Shown: one piece after another, positions 41,301-49,376 of the stretch
Layout: each line of letters starts with the position of its first letter
Numbering within the stretch: the stretch's first letter is position 1
Source: a virus
Taxonomy: Duplodnaviria > Caudoviricetes
Reading direction: 5' to 3' (one strand)
Length of the DNA stretch: 61,775 nt
IMG/VR virus record: IMGVR_UViG_3300023112_000002
Coordinates: 1 to 61,775 of that record
Position numbers and translations under genes: made by a program
The notes under the pieces: generated by a model
What the model was told of the DNA's origin: nothing
The model's input: only the letters and a program-made list of their open reading frames with translations
The model's database searches: none

Positions 41301-42390
41301 TGAAGCATATGGGGAGAAGCAGATGGAGACATATACTCCAGGAGATAAGGGTAATAAAACACTTCGACTCCTTATGTCACCGATTAAAGCGGGAGATAAG
41401 CAGGCTATATATTTAGGTGGTATACCTAACTATGTGTTCTTAAAAAACAAATTCATGAAGCAAGGCATGAGTGAGGAGAACGCAAAGAAGAAAGCGATGC
41501 TGATGTTTGAGGAACAAACCAAGGAGGTTCAGCAGTCTTCAGATAAGCAAGATAAAGATTCGATACAAAATGAGGGCGGTCTTGTTCAGACTTTTAATAT
41601 GTTTATGTCTGCCCCGAAAGCATACCTAAGACAAATATTTGGAGGGTATAGAGAGTTGGGGCGTAATATAAAAGATGGTTCAGGTAAAGGAACCACGGGT
41701 GAAAACCTCAGAACTATATTGGTGTATCAATTTGCTATGCCTATGATCTTTCAATGGGCAGGATCAGGATTCCCTGTAACGGACTGGGATGAAGAGGATA
41801 AGAAAGATATGGCCAGAGCAGCGATCCTAAGCGTGTTCAATTCTATCTTTGTGTTGGGTCAGATATTAGAAATGGGGGCTGACTACGCTACAGGTAAGCC
41901 ATGGTGGGATGATTTGAAACAATTCCCGGTGCTTGATTTAGTAAAGGATGCTATTAAACAGTATGACAAAACCAACCTTGAGGACTCTGAGAAAGCAGAT
42001 GAAGCTTGGAAGCAATTTATATTTACCCTTATGCCTTTAGCTTCTGTAGTTCCAGGAGGACGTACCGTAGCGGCTCTCCCTTTTAAAACTTTAGATAGGA
42101 TGAGGTTAAATATGAAGAAGATTATTCAAGATGGTGGCGACCCTAAAGAAGTCTTCTTAAGATTGTTTAACTACTCCGACTATGTTATAGAGGGGCCTGA
42201 AGAGAAAGAGAAGAAGACGAAGAAGCTAAGAAAGAGTGAGGTGGATAAGTATATGCCCGAGCTATCCGAACAGATGGAAGAGTTTAATAACGATCCAGAC
42301 TATAAAGAAATGTTAAAGGATATAAAGGATCTAAAGAAAGAGCAAGAGGCTATGCGTCAAGAGCTCTTGGAAGAGATGTTTGCTGATTAA
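32377..42390 (+). CDS. Giant (3337-aa) polyvalent ejection protein with zincin-like HExxH, LPD23-like and DUF3293-like modules
   Basis: HEAFH (~35710); TGWELGADGKWKYEI, HELQHFVQYQEGF and GEVEARNV (~37320-38100); TAENP...N..L...GY...GRY...EKSFFV (~38330-38480). Confidence 0.7.
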   Translation: MDEQVLKDLIATAEASNYNWEEVMPKFPELADVDLQVLKDYVETAKHYDYDYDVVNAKFPELGLKKKGASEPTVQEDVMESTTPVVEEQPISSESSAPQEGDQSVFDAEVEEAPETVTEFAAYDPREESGTPESMAQGIVTSATNPMLRAFVDPADRTNVTYDADATTFERSLAFITPDLIGREEEEVVNRMKYHFTDYGFTFSQTGIGDAMIVKADNGEEIEIDLDPFTRGGEEQGSIELQNFLQQNRRVDPEMEELTYSYDLNRKKYFSRQAVDRDIQSVRDQSETLGLRYQDYLREQGEIDTAITAMTQVPLSERGPEFKAEYDALIQKKSELAGVKGELQQEVGEFQIYSDKINSAVGNYLTMKEDDSSAGLTFLKAGWNNILSGITGPLASAAGIPMDLFYGVAQTVDEDFGMTEEERKERYITIATDLGYDIPENIEDDAVYNKWLEGLMESTFEAEGVEGEGISATMNRYPKEIREELEAEGYDPSRVINADGLKMWNNEGGILGNGGWEEIPDYASDTSPGERLKRLVMDQEVKENKEPTKQLVRSLLDVARFDDVSEERVAAQSESVIVEGMLGLAQSAPSIALGLIGRGKGPKYKGAEKPLAKFIQSLKNYATSPGAVSQTIGFSLLQTDALMQEMENDPDFKYVTETEKKALTVPLAVSTAILETYGLRSLAKGPMLGKLMTQVTKLLPKGATPKMFTETFKKVVESNIAKGVYSSKALRGVGIVGGAAAVEAETGGLQTVAEIGMKNVWNDMYEKEMFNTPEMWSEEFYNQVIRGAAAEAVGGFVMGTPRALTTAFNRGDIDEVSDDMVALFNEIRKDGTTVEAYKTQLDLKVANQELTKEEANQALLDFEVLSGAAASIEKGTELTPTQTKKALGLVYLKNKLESEMDGMDPDLGSYKAKQEMLVTIKDKLSKIGTEEEVDANLKPKKDAIQESSTTEVDVQKQTQDGAAVGEGDTTGGVAVESESETEVSPETTEEKVELTVEERAKQIEELVEQEQEDSKPLEPQPIPREQLESIDETVSINKKNAPKRVNPLLDTVKRRVSRAAKAIKRIAPSVKIIMHESAEDFTAATGSRGRGTFLDNTIHINLEDASGTTVAHEAFHAILLSKISTDLQAQQVTKRLMQSMAKSLDANSPLKKKIEEFVEGYDENIKNEERLAQVLGELSSNYTQLKAPEKSLVRRWIDKLSKRLGYEVSEFTQEDQDVVDLLNTLAAKVTAGVEVEEGDVEILETEQGDGGEVGKLKVREQKDSRNSPKVETDKRSFAKFISNKDLGDFDGRDFVTNMYDFTTAGVVDIGNGITLDLQGGKSYVPFMMEKQGLNIGDVSNLAAFNNKAQAETFVRNSEQGNATLFMPHAGTIEGSWQFQQSIFEQLINAALDNKILSNKEIINSFNEVLTNEVGKKAFAIFKKKLGKNIRNFNSFSKNPLEIVELLNTTNNFSPELRKALNDKLSANKKYQAAIGVKSKEAFARKMEDPLNKGVEGGDLMGVIEFDNTSFEISKPKPGDADYHPSFAWTVKAKIEGIYQPTKFYKSYDVTEEYTRYNQSGPNVSRKAEQTKEQFKKSNVMGHTGAGPKVAKVSKREQIIGQNAELSAQVREDLQYAKIEHEAYMMQKEGVLAAPTENMMNPAAIKEITGWELGADGKWKYEIQDGRLKEEGTGVWKLSDIYDAPEFYDAYPEAKDILVSIQVRPEGKENSWYMPGNEFMLPSIEINVKNQYRVVQDLVHELQHFVQYQEGFAIGGNESTFAYNPELVKQAEKEGSKEELVIKNEMLRALSFTIEEAIGEHEGVALDKIMTKEFLEKNMGFYLDTFDNLVERGLIDKDADFAQALEDFYFELPEMDRRKLKIAQREGGMNEALDVADEISEPVRESLQKLGNFAMYERLMGEVEARNVTKRLFYTAEKRVRNTLESTEDVSREDQIAYFDTSESKEDVTTEESKPAPREQKAPIKQTKREFVARLKDALKGEGSFAHMTAENPANKTMSAKENAIRNKELKAQLDEMGYDAVAIDGRYDRDEKSFFVPDISEADAIEIGKKYGQESVAHSKGMLYTTGKDKGKRNPITGDVEVNNKLKNYYSEIQTKGGKVKYSVGYNFDVLTEDSSKKKPATREQKEVRFQKIADKFQDPVEIIKLARTAGFEDSEIKYFLQKTKKLKVKEINDLLKVDVDMFESMPSVFGNVPGGMVAGRKLYEATMKKFNSLLKKNLKRPKEKQASMADMINESIEFMMGRKVYKEATEGVTSKTELSTLQQQLQAAMQEALGGGKVKDISKKIKELKKILRQKIRGAREVRDVKRQLQRTIREVLPKAAFNKTEVRNLLRTIQDAEPKWLKGNLRFLAEKIESLAAEKNVSILNKAIQKILDNKFLVKVGGLEKLIKIDQATYKIVESIKDKMYKAAEVKDDIIKEQTKLIEQVEELNRKVQLTEEEETQLLVLNIALGINNAKLMEDSNPRKADQLAEVYNNLKDLITQGRNNYKEAAKERSKRYAKNTALFHQALEGYKDVLDFTDPEVLERIRKDLKDRADEKASNYGRNALKEYFKKIGDNIDKYLKMGTLGLSQLSSALDKSPGAAFEGFIKDFVYRKVNESTRMYKESMMALDQILTEKTEEYLGKDYAKKIKEYRKSIDFLELQDGKFLKDPQEVKDAQAEFDKDPTRKNKDKLNKIIRKNIPFSNLTPLQLQYLYFQYKQKDTHAGFKTSLGDNYQPIMDGLSKHFEETYPDLLELGRWQVEVLLPSLYEKYNEVYKKLYNTDLPQRDNYSGRTFRVISKGDKVEMEKYDPLSLLSEQGMPQMGMNVIGNSTKLTQKNSKAIMPVDAFTAIDTYLKDMEHFAAYAENINEISKVFFNKDIVDTIVSIHGQDVYDTIRKQLMATAQRGANQSDKTVDLVNRANNIFIVQKLGAGLTVYLKQLTSIGTYGNFIGYGNWIKTATTMGPKEFIKAWKEISEESVYIKYRYWQQISKTIEAYGEKQMETYTPGDKGNKTLRLLMSPIKAGDKQAIYLGGIPNYVFLKNKFMKQGMSEENAKKKAMLMFEEQTKEVQQSSDKQDKDSIQNEGGLVQTFNMFMSAPKAYLRQIFGGYRELGRNIKDGSGKGTTGENLRTILVYQFAMPMIFQWAGSGFPVTDWDEEDKKDMARAAILSVFNSIFVLGQILEMGADYATGKPWWDDLKQFPVLDLVKDAIKQYDKTNLEDSEKADEAWKQFIFTLMPLASVVPGGRTVAALPFKTLDRMRLNMKKIIQDGGDPKEVFLRLFNYSDYVIEGPEEKEKKTKKLRKSEVDKYMPELSEQMEEFNNDPDYKEMLKDIKDLKKEQEAMRQELLEEMFAD

Positions 42391-42707
42391 AAGTTCTTGT
42401 CGTAGTTCTTACGCTCCGCCTCGGTCTTGTATATAAAGAATGCTTGGAACCCACTGACATGAGAGTCGGTGGGGAAGAAGTACTTCCATCCCTTGGACGC
42501 ACCCCTGTTGATATAGTAGCAGAAGGCTACGCCTATCTTACCATTGCTCTTAACAAAGTTTATCACAGCTGTGTGGTCCGACATAGGGATAACGTCCTGG
42601 ACATAAAAAGCCTCCTTGTTCACATTACCCTCACGATCTGTACATGAGTAGCGCCTGGCTATTTCCTGTGCAAACTTATTTAATTCTTTAGCTATTGGTC
42701 TTTGCAT
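42387..42707 (-). CDS. Hypothetical protein
   Basis: 106-aa ORF converging on the giant gene. Confidence 0.75.
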   Translation of the reverse strand: MQRPIAKELNKFAQEIARRYSCTDREGNVNKEAFYVQDVIPMSDHTAVINFVKSNGKIGVAFCYYINRGASKGWKYFFPTDSHVSGFQAFFIYKTEAERKNYDKNF

Positions 42708-43048
42708 TTGATTCGTCGGTTATGGGTTGCTACTCGGTGACAGTTGGAACATCTCACCTCACACTTATCTATTTCTTTTTGTATACTTTCTACACAGTAG
42801 GATCTATAAACCATGTTTGATATATCGCACACCTTCTCTCCTTTAACATGGTCAAAGTCCAACACTAAAGGATTGCTTTCCCCGCAGTCAACACACGGGG
42901 ATGACCGCTTTATCTGGTCCACAAAAGCTTTGTTTATAACCCTCTGCTTCTTATTTCTTTTATAACTTCTGGCTACTATCTTTTCTTTATTAGCCTCGTA
43001 ATGACGCTTAGCAGCCGCTGCTTGATCCTCTTTATTTTTGTAAGCCAT
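42692..43048 (-). CDS. HNH endonuclease
   Basis: CVDC...LDFDH...CEVRCSNCHR zinc/HNH motif. Confidence 0.85.
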   Translation of the reverse strand: MAYKNKEDQAAAAKRHYEANKEKIVARSYKRNKKQRVINKAFVDQIKRSSPCVDCGESNPLVLDFDHVKGEKVCDISNMVYRSYCVESIQKEIDKCEVRCSNCHRVATHNRRIKCKDQ

Positions 43049-43061
43049 GGGTGGTTAGTTG

Positions 43062-43135
43062 TGATCCCGCAGGGACTCGAACCCCAAACCGCCTCCTTAG
43101 AAGGGAGGTGCTCTATCCAGTTGAGCTACGAGACC
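43062..43135 (-). tRNA. tRNA-Arg(TCT), CCA not encoded
   Basis: GGTCTCG acceptor, GCTC/GAGC D-arm, CCTCC-CTTCTAA-GGAGG anticodon arm, GGTTCGAGTCC T-arm. Confidence 0.92.
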
Positions 43136-43136
43136 A

Positions 43137-43325
43137 TTAGGTTTCTTCAGCTAAGGATGCGAGAAGGTCGGCTAACAACTTGATAAGTTCTTGTGCCTCT
43201 TCTTTCACCTCATCATACTCCCTGTCCATCAACCCCTCGTACAGGGTGTCGGCATAGTCGTGGATGAGATTGGACACATAGTTTATATGCTGTATAGTAA
43301 CCTTATCTTCGGGGTGTACAGGCAT
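43137..43325 (-). CDS. Hypothetical protein
   Basis: 62-aa ORF within the operon. Confidence 0.65.
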   Translation of the reverse strand: MPVHPEDKVTIQHINYVSNLIHDYADTLYEGLMDREYDEVKEEAQELIKLLADLLASLAEET

Positions 43326-43576
43326 TAGGGTTTGTCTTCAGAGATTAAAAGCGCTCGACCTGTCACCTCGTCTAACTTTTTAATGGCTTTATATATAGAT
43401 CGAGAGCGACGTTTAGTCTCCAGCCTTTCGTTTTTAGTAGAGTCTATACCTAAGTTGGTATACATAATACAGTCAATACGAAGTAGGGTGTCTATCTTCT
43501 TCTTAAGACTCCAAGTGGAGAACTCTACTACCTTATCTATATCTTCTATAGTGTATTTGCAATCAGATAAAACCAT
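43325..43576 (-). CDS. Hypothetical protein
   Basis: 83-aa ORF with coupled junctions. Confidence 0.7.
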   Translation of the reverse strand: MVLSDCKYTIEDIDKVVEFSTWSLKKKIDTLLRIDCIMYTNLGIDSTKNERLETKRRSRSIYKAIKKLDEVTGRALLISEDKP

Positions 43577-44084
43577 TGATGATGTCGTATATTTTCTTCT
43601 CGATTCTTTTTAATCTATCTTCAGGTGCAATTTTCTCAAGCTTCTTAACTAAAGTAAAGTATCTTTTGTTGTCTTTACTTAACTTATCTACCTGTTCTTT
43701 AACCTCAAGCAACGCTAAATTAAGCAGATTATTTCTCTCCTCCAACTTTCGCAAATCTTTTTTCAACATAACAGGGTTAACATCAGGCAGATCCGCAGAC
43801 TTACTCAGCCATCTATCTAATACTTTACGGTAGGTTCTTTCCATTTCCTTATCAGCCTTAAGCATCCATGGGAACTCTTCAATACTGTGTAAGATCGTTG
43901 CGTGGTTTTTATTAAACTGTCTACCTATAAAAGCAGAAGTCATCTGACACTCCTCTTTCAAGATCTTGTAACAGATAGCGCGAGCCATAATATATTCCGA
44001 TTTGCGTGACCTGTGGTCTACGTTCAGTTCAAAGGCTTGGTTAACTATCTCCTTCAGGAGCGCCACTCGTTGTGTGTTCATCAT
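43563..44084 (-). CDS. DnaA C-terminal (domain IV)-like HTH protein with a coiled coil
   Basis: SRKSEYIMARAICYKIL...IGRQFNKNHATILHS matches the DnaA domain IV pattern. Confidence 0.75.
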   Translation of the reverse strand: MMNTQRVALLKEIVNQAFELNVDHRSRKSEYIMARAICYKILKEECQMTSAFIGRQFNKNHATILHSIEEFPWMLKADKEMERTYRKVLDRWLSKSADLPDVNPVMLKKDLRKLEERNNLLNLALLEVKEQVDKLSKDNKRYFTLVKKLEKIAPEDRLKRIEKKIYDIINGFI

Positions 44085-44400
44085 AATTTTTGATATATAA
44101 ATTTAAGTTAATGAGGTCTAAGTATTCATCCATACTGATTAGATTTATATCGGTAAGCAATACAACCTCGGATTCTATTTTAATAAATTTTATAGAGAAA
44201 GGAACGTCTTCATGATCAGTAGAAGCAACACCCCCTATGGTGTGGGAGATGCGGTCATCATCAGGGAGTTCTATCTGACTGTGAGATATAGATTTAGAAA
44301 TAGCTACCGCCGTTTCCAGTCCGATCTCCTGAAGCTTATCAAAGAAAGCATCTGATACATCGAACTCTTTAACCTCTATATACTTCTGTGGTAACTCCAT
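44041..44400 (-). CDS. Hypothetical protein
   Basis: 119-aa acidic ORF. Confidence 0.65.
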   Translation of the reverse strand: MELPQKYIEVKEFDVSDAFFDKLQEIGLETAVAISKSISHSQIELPDDDRISHTIGGVASTDHEDVPFSIKFIKIESEVVLLTDINLISMDEYLDLINLNLYIKNYDEHTTSGAPEGDS

Positions 44401-44608
44401 GTGCTTCTAATTCTTGTAGTCTATATTCCTGTAGCTTCGACAGCTTTCCCTTAGATGTTTTAATTTCAGAGAAGAGGACCCCGCAGTCGGGAGGTATGGC
44501 TATCAAGTCTGGTATCCCATTCTTATTTGTTTTAATTAATTTAATTACGTAGTACCCTTCAGATTCTAAGTGCTTGATACGTTTAGATTGGATCTGTTGC
44601 TCTGTCAT
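44369..44608 (-). CDS. VRR-NUC / PD-(D/E)xK nuclease
   Basis: EQQIQ...GIPDLI...FSEIK...GKLSKLQ. Confidence 0.8.
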   Translation of the reverse strand: MTEQQIQSKRIKHLESEGYYVIKLIKTNKNGIPDLIAIPPDCGVLFSEIKTSKGKLSKLQEYRLQELEAHGVTTEVYRG

Positions 44609-44867
44609 TGTAATAGTCTAATATAAACTTTTTGCTTGCATAAATTCCATGCGCTAACTTTTTTATATTTCTCCTTTGAACATTTCGTTTTAGGATATTA
44701 GTTAATGTTCTTGAGGGTATGCGTAGAGTGTCGGCAACTTCTTGTATTTCCATCCTTCTGACAGGACTCTCTAAAGAATCAATGAATTTAATTAGCTCTT
44801 TTTCCTTTATAAGGTTGTACTCTGTCTCATAGTCCCAGATATCGTCTCTTAAATTTAAGTATGGCAT
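44583..44867 (-). CDS. Winged-HTH DNA-binding protein
   Basis: IQEVADTLRIPSRTLTNILKR...IKKLAHGIY. Confidence 0.6.
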   Translation of the reverse strand: MPYLNLRDDIWDYETEYNLIKEKELIKFIDSLESPVRRMEIQEVADTLRIPSRTLTNILKRNVQRRNIKKLAHGIYASKKFILDYYNDRATDPI

Positions 44868-44890
44868 AATGTTTTTGTTTATTAAAAGTT

Positions 44891-45073
44891 TTAGTGTGGT
44901 TTAAATATTACGGGGTACTTTGATAAGAATGACTCAACCTCTTTTAGTTTAGCAAACTTTATGTACTTCCCTTCAGTGTCTAACACTTTAACCATCGATA
45001 TAATAATCTTTGGTTCCCTATCTACAACTTCGTAGTGGTATCGTGTAATCTCTAAGCTTCCTGTTTCTTTCAT
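44891..45073 (-). CDS. Hypothetical protein
   Basis: 60-aa ORF. Confidence 0.6.
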   Translation of the reverse strand: MKETGSLEITRYHYEVVDREPKIIISMVKVLDTEGKYIKFAKLKEVESFLSKYPVIFKPH

Positions 45074-45078
45074 TCTGT

Positions 45079-46311
45079 TTACAAAGTTAATAGATCTCTC
45101 TTGAAATGGTTTAAAGTGTAGTCCTTTTTCTTTATGACAGCCTTGTATATCTCGTGCTCTATACCGGTTTTACTGAAGATCCAGTACACATCATTCTTTA
45201 ATCTATCCTTGGTGGTCATCCTATCTCTTGACTGCCAATAGCTTGTCGCTGAGAAGTCTATGTTATAGTATACAAGTGCCTCAGCTTTTCGTAAGGATAT
45301 ACCCTCACGACCTGATACAATTTGTAAGGCTATAGACTTACTTGTGTCTTCAAAGACACTTAGTTCTGTACATAGGTCATCACCAAAGACTTCCTTCAAA
45401 GCGTTCAGCTCTTCCTTGAATTTATAGAACACCCCTATCTTCTTACCCTTGAAATGCTTCTTTATAAACTTAGCCTTGGTAAGGTCTAATACTTTAGAGT
45501 TTCCACTCTCAAACTTTACAGTGCCACTGCATAGCTGATGTACCTTAGTCATAAGTTTAACGGCTGTATCAGCCAAGATAACCTCATCCTTACCCTGCAC
45601 CACCAAATCTTTTTTAAGCGTCTTTATAACGCCCTTAACAGTGTCAGACATATCAACCTCCAGGATGTGTTCCTTGGTATCAACCACGAACCCCGCATCC
45701 TTTTGAGTGAAGCGTATCGTGTATGGTTTCATCTCCTCGAGGATCTTCTCCGACCCCCGAGAGTAGTCGTTGACAAACATCCCACCCACCTTAAGCTTCG
45801 TAACATGCACATACTCATGGGCAAACTTATAGAAACTTTTGTGCCTGCGGAAGGGGTTGTTAGGGATAGAGTACACCTGGTGGTACATCTGTGAGTATGC
45901 TTCAGGGGTAGGGGTGCCGCTGAGGAAGATTACATAGGGGTTGGAGTGGAAGACAAATTCCTTAAACCTCTTGGCTCTACCACTTGGTTTAGGGAAAGCT
46001 CCCATACCATGAGCCTCGTCAGCCACGATAAGGTCCCACCCCCGTGGGTTAACTTTATGTAAAGACTCGTAGTTGATTACGGTGAGCCGAAAGTCTGGGT
46101 TTAACAGCTCATAGTCATGTTCGATACTGGAGATAGCCTTCTTCTTGGTGATAAATAAAACATTAGTCATGCCTATCCTATCAGCTATACCTAAACTCGT
46201 TAGTGTCTTACCCGTGCGCACCTCCATGGCTAAGTATACAAAGCGATGGCGGGAGATAATCTTAGAGGCTTTCTCTATGATGTCTGTTTGGTAGTCTCTA
46301 AATTTTATCAT
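45079..46311 (-). CDS. SF2 (SNF2-like) helicase
   Basis: FRDYQ Q-motif, RTGKT, DEAH, SGTP, EGISL, QSRDR. Confidence 0.85.
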   Translation of the reverse strand: MIKFRDYQTDIIEKASKIISRHRFVYLAMEVRTGKTLTSLGIADRIGMTNVLFITKKKAISSIEHDYELLNPDFRLTVINYESLHKVNPRGWDLIVADEAHGMGAFPKPSGRAKRFKEFVFHSNPYVIFLSGTPTPEAYSQMYHQVYSIPNNPFRRHKSFYKFAHEYVHVTKLKVGGMFVNDYSRGSEKILEEMKPYTIRFTQKDAGFVVDTKEHILEVDMSDTVKGVIKTLKKDLVVQGKDEVILADTAVKLMTKVHQLCSGTVKFESGNSKVLDLTKAKFIKKHFKGKKIGVFYKFKEELNALKEVFGDDLCTELSVFEDTSKSIALQIVSGREGISLRKAEALVYYNIDFSATSYWQSRDRMTTKDRLKNDVYWIFSKTGIEHEIYKAVIKKKDYTLNHFKRDLLTL

Positions 46312-48716
46312 AATAGTTTAGCTTGCTTATTGTAGTAATCCTTACGAACAAACTCCATCCACTTACCTTGGTTGTCTCTCCCGGTTTGGGGAGGGCAGGT
46401 GTATTTATATTGAGAGTAAGCTTCCAACCACTTGTGAAATCTTTGTCGAGTGACGGACATCTTAGCTTTTGGTCCATAGTCTGGATACTCTTCAATAAAA
46501 TTGAAGTATAAGGTGTTGGTCATAATTCTTTCTTTCATTACCAGTAAAGGATTGGTAGTGTTTTCTAAGAGTCCACACCATTCAATAAACTCATGAGAAG
46601 TTTCAGCAGATAGCCTGCGTAGTTCTAAGTTTACAAATGTGCTGCGCAATAAACCTTTCTCTAAGTAAAGCTGAAGACAGCTAATCATAAAGTTATCGAA
46701 CTGGCACCACTCGCTATCGTCCCACTCTCCAAAGAAATGCTTTCCGAACTCCACTAAAGGAGTAAACTCTTTGGTGTAGTGCTGAGATAGTTCCAACTCC
46801 CACTTCCTGCGTTCAAAAGAACTTCCCTTCCCACGTATAGCATAGTTGGTGGTGATAGCGATCTTCGGAGACTTAGCAAAAGGAATCTTGATAGCGTCTT
46901 TGTTTTTCTTCTCTAAGGTTAACCCTTCGGTAACAACGCTGAATAGTTTTTCAAAGTCGAAGTATTTTTTTACATCATCAAAGCATAACACTTGCGTGTC
47001 AGCAGAAACTAATTGGTATGCAAAAGATCTGGCGAAATCAAAAGACTTACCGTCAATGACAACCAGCTTCTTCATCTCCGATAAACCCTTCATAAACAAA
47101 CCTTTACCTGTTCCACCTTCTGGATTGTCAGAGATAATTTCGTCATTAAGGATTACCGCAGGGCAGTAAGAAAGATTCTTAAAACCGTGGAGCATATACC
47201 CAATGGTAGAGTACATAGAGCCAACCCTCTCCCGTGTGCCTCCAGCTATGTTATGTATAAACTGTTGGTAGTCACACTCATGTCTCTCACACATAATAAA
47301 AATTCTATCTATCACATGATCCTTCCACACATATCCCCCTAAGTCTATATAATCTATAGGTATAATCTCTGTCTCCGTAACCTTTACCGCACAGTTTCGG
47401 TAATAGAGGTAGGATGTGTCGGTGGTATCTTCAATAAAGAACACATCAATGGAGGAGAGAAGGGTAAGAAACTCCTCCCTAAAATAACGGGTGTGTTCTG
47501 CAAAGTAATTATATATAGAAGTATCATCATCCTCTAATAGATAGTTGAGAACAAAATCTTTTATTTCTTTTTCAGAAGTGTGATCGATTAAGTTATTCGT
47601 TACCCTTACAAAGACGTAGCTCTTGCTACCCTCTGGATTAAACTTATAGAACCCATGCTCCTCCAAGAACTCCTTGAATGAAAGGTGTATAATTTTTATA
47701 ACCCCCTTCTCTGACTTTGTCCAAAACTTTTCCTTAGCACTATCCCCCTCCATCTTATCTAACATAACGTCAAGATTGTCCACCTTTACGTTGTCATCTA
47801 TAAGCTGACATTTAATTTCTTTTTTAGATACACCGCGGCGCATCTTCTGTTTCACTTGATTTACTTTATCCTCATCCTCATAGTACTTAGTCCCAAAGTT
47901 TTGCTTGTGCGCATAAGCAGAGTCTATAGTTCTTTTTATCTCTCCCGAAGGAAAGTCTTCAGTAGCATAGCTCCCCATAACATACTCAGATAGGTTCTGA
48001 TTGATTCCATAGTCGTTAAACGCCATAGCCAATACATAGACGTTCTGATTTCGTTGCCCCTCTACCATAGGATACTTTTTTTCCCACCACTTGATTAAGA
48101 TTTCTACTATCTTATTCTCATTCGTGATAGGGATAGTAGGTTGGTCTTTGTATTTTACTACCTCTTGATACTCTATCTCCTCTATCTTTTCCCATATACT
48201 TGACAGCTCATTCACATAGATAAGTGGATCGTAAGACTCATAACAAACCCTCGATATATTCTTGGTTGTCTTATCAAAGTAAGAGCTATTGAAATAGTTC
48301 TCAAGCGAATTAAAATAGTTCTTGTGGTTTTCTATATCTCCAGGTATCTTTACGATAACCTTCAATCCATTATCGCTGGGTGAAATAAAAACAGAGTATA
48401 CATATTTGTCTTTGCATAACCTCTGCTTCTCTTGAAGCATATCCTTCTTGCTTTTATACCCATCGAAATCTAAACATATGAACCCACTATGCTTGGTAAT
48501 AGCAGAGTCTAACCTTTTGGTAAACTCTCCGCTAAAACATACCGAAGGTAAAGATTGTTTAAGTTTATTCCTTTTAGATTTATCCTTCTCGGATCTTATT
48601 CCATTAACCTTATCCTTACTTGCCCCATCTTTTATTCTATTTAAGATGACACTAATATCTCTATGGAAAGGTTGCTCTGTATCTTTAATGTCTTTGAATA
48701 TGGTAATATTTGACAT
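46308..48716 (-). CDS. Primase-helicase (VirE-N/BT4734-like primase, PriCT, P-loop helicase)
   Basis: KQSLPSVCFSG, HSGFICLDFD, FISPSDNGLK, SRVCYESYDP, EGQRN; GGTGKG, FDD, ITTN. Confidence 0.85.
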   Translation of the reverse strand: MSNITIFKDIKDTEQPFHRDISVILNRIKDGASKDKVNGIRSEKDKSKRNKLKQSLPSVCFSGEFTKRLDSAITKHSGFICLDFDGYKSKKDMLQEKQRLCKDKYVYSVFISPSDNGLKVIVKIPGDIENHKNYFNSLENYFNSSYFDKTTKNISRVCYESYDPLIYVNELSSIWEKIEEIEYQEVVKYKDQPTIPITNENKIVEILIKWWEKKYPMVEGQRNQNVYVLAMAFNDYGINQNLSEYVMGSYATEDFPSGEIKRTIDSAYAHKQNFGTKYYEDEDKVNQVKQKMRRGVSKKEIKCQLIDDNVKVDNLDVMLDKMEGDSAKEKFWTKSEKGVIKIIHLSFKEFLEEHGFYKFNPEGSKSYVFVRVTNNLIDHTSEKEIKDFVLNYLLEDDDTSIYNYFAEHTRYFREEFLTLLSSIDVFFIEDTTDTSYLYYRNCAVKVTETEIIPIDYIDLGGYVWKDHVIDRIFIMCERHECDYQQFIHNIAGGTRERVGSMYSTIGYMLHGFKNLSYCPAVILNDEIISDNPEGGTGKGLFMKGLSEMKKLVVIDGKSFDFARSFAYQLVSADTQVLCFDDVKKYFDFEKLFSVVTEGLTLEKKNKDAIKIPFAKSPKIAITTNYAIRGKGSSFERRKWELELSQHYTKEFTPLVEFGKHFFGEWDDSEWCQFDNFMISCLQLYLEKGLLRSTFVNLELRRLSAETSHEFIEWCGLLENTTNPLLVMKERIMTNTLYFNFIEEYPDYGPKAKMSVTRQRFHKWLEAYSQYKYTCPPQTGRDNQGKWMEFVRKDYYNKQAKLL

Positions 48717-48892
48717 ACTCTGTGTTGATTTTGTGTTAATTTAATTTTACTTAACTATCTTATTTATAGTTATTTATATTCTTTTAGTGTTAAAGTGTTA
48801 AATTAAAAGTAAATATATAGATATAAAAAAAATATTATTTACTAAAAACACTATAGTGTAATATAGAGGGATGAGTTTAACATTTTAACACG
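48717..48892. repeat. AT-rich element with GTGTTAA/TTAACA repeats, candidate replication origin (copy A)
   Basis: Direct and inverted TGTTAA units; 24 bp identical to 57752-57775. Confidence 0.55.
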
Positions 48893-48900
48893 AGAGGGAG

Positions 48901-48927
48901 AAAAGAAAAGGGACGCGAAGTCCCCTT
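48901..48927 (-). terminator. Rho-independent terminator
   Basis: Minus strand gggac-ttcgc-gtccc followed by ttttctttt, downstream of the SSB-like gene. Confidence 0.7.
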
Positions 48928-48948
48928 CCTTATTCCTCAACCTGTGGT

Positions 48949-49221
48949 TTAGAATGGCATCTCCTCCTCCTCAGCTTTAGCTTTGGAAGGAGCAGCCTTC
49001 TTCTCGTCAGGTTTCCAAGTGTTGATGCGTACCCAATGAGTCTTTCCGTACTCATCAGCACCATCCTTCTTAGCCCCCACAATTAACTTTAAATAGTTCT
49101 TCCCATTAAACTCGAACATGTGTTCTTTGATTGCTGGGTTGCTTAGATCTAAGCTGAACTCTACCTGGTCTCCGTCAAACTTAGAGATACCATTGCCGAC
49201 ATAAATTTTTTCGTCTGCCAT
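48949..49221 (-). CDS. Putative single-stranded DNA-binding protein
   Basis: Small beta protein with an SSB-like acidic C-terminus EEEEMPF, next to the exonuclease and annealase. Confidence 0.65.
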   Translation of the reverse strand: MADEKIYVGNGISKFDGDQVEFSLDLSNPAIKEHMFEFNGKNYLKLIVGAKKDGADEYGKTHWVRINTWKPDEKKAAPSKAKAEEEEMPF

Positions 49222-49223
49222 AA

Positions 49224-49376
49224 TTAAAATGATTTATAAATTATTTGCTCCAACTTATCTGTAGTAGCCTCCATGAGTCGATCTCTTTCGGCTTGTGTAG
49301 TAAGGTTGGTTGGAACTTTCAACCACACTACACGTTTGTTTTTACTCTTAAAGAGTTTCTTTATGAATGTAATCAT
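49224..49376 (-). CDS. 50-aa hypothetical protein (not in the ORF track)
   Basis: MITFIKKLFKSKNKRVVWLKVPTNLTTQAERDRLMEATTDKLEQIIYKSF fills the gap. Confidence 0.55.
   Translation of the reverse strand: MITFIKKLFKSKNKRVVWLKVPTNLTTQAERDRLMEATTDKLEQIIYKSF

Noticed and set aside
43040-43062. tRNA-associated theta/HDV-like ribozyme or attP next to tRNA-Arg
   Set aside because: Only 13 nt separate the tRNA from the HNH start, no nested pseudoknot is visible, and no integrase was found
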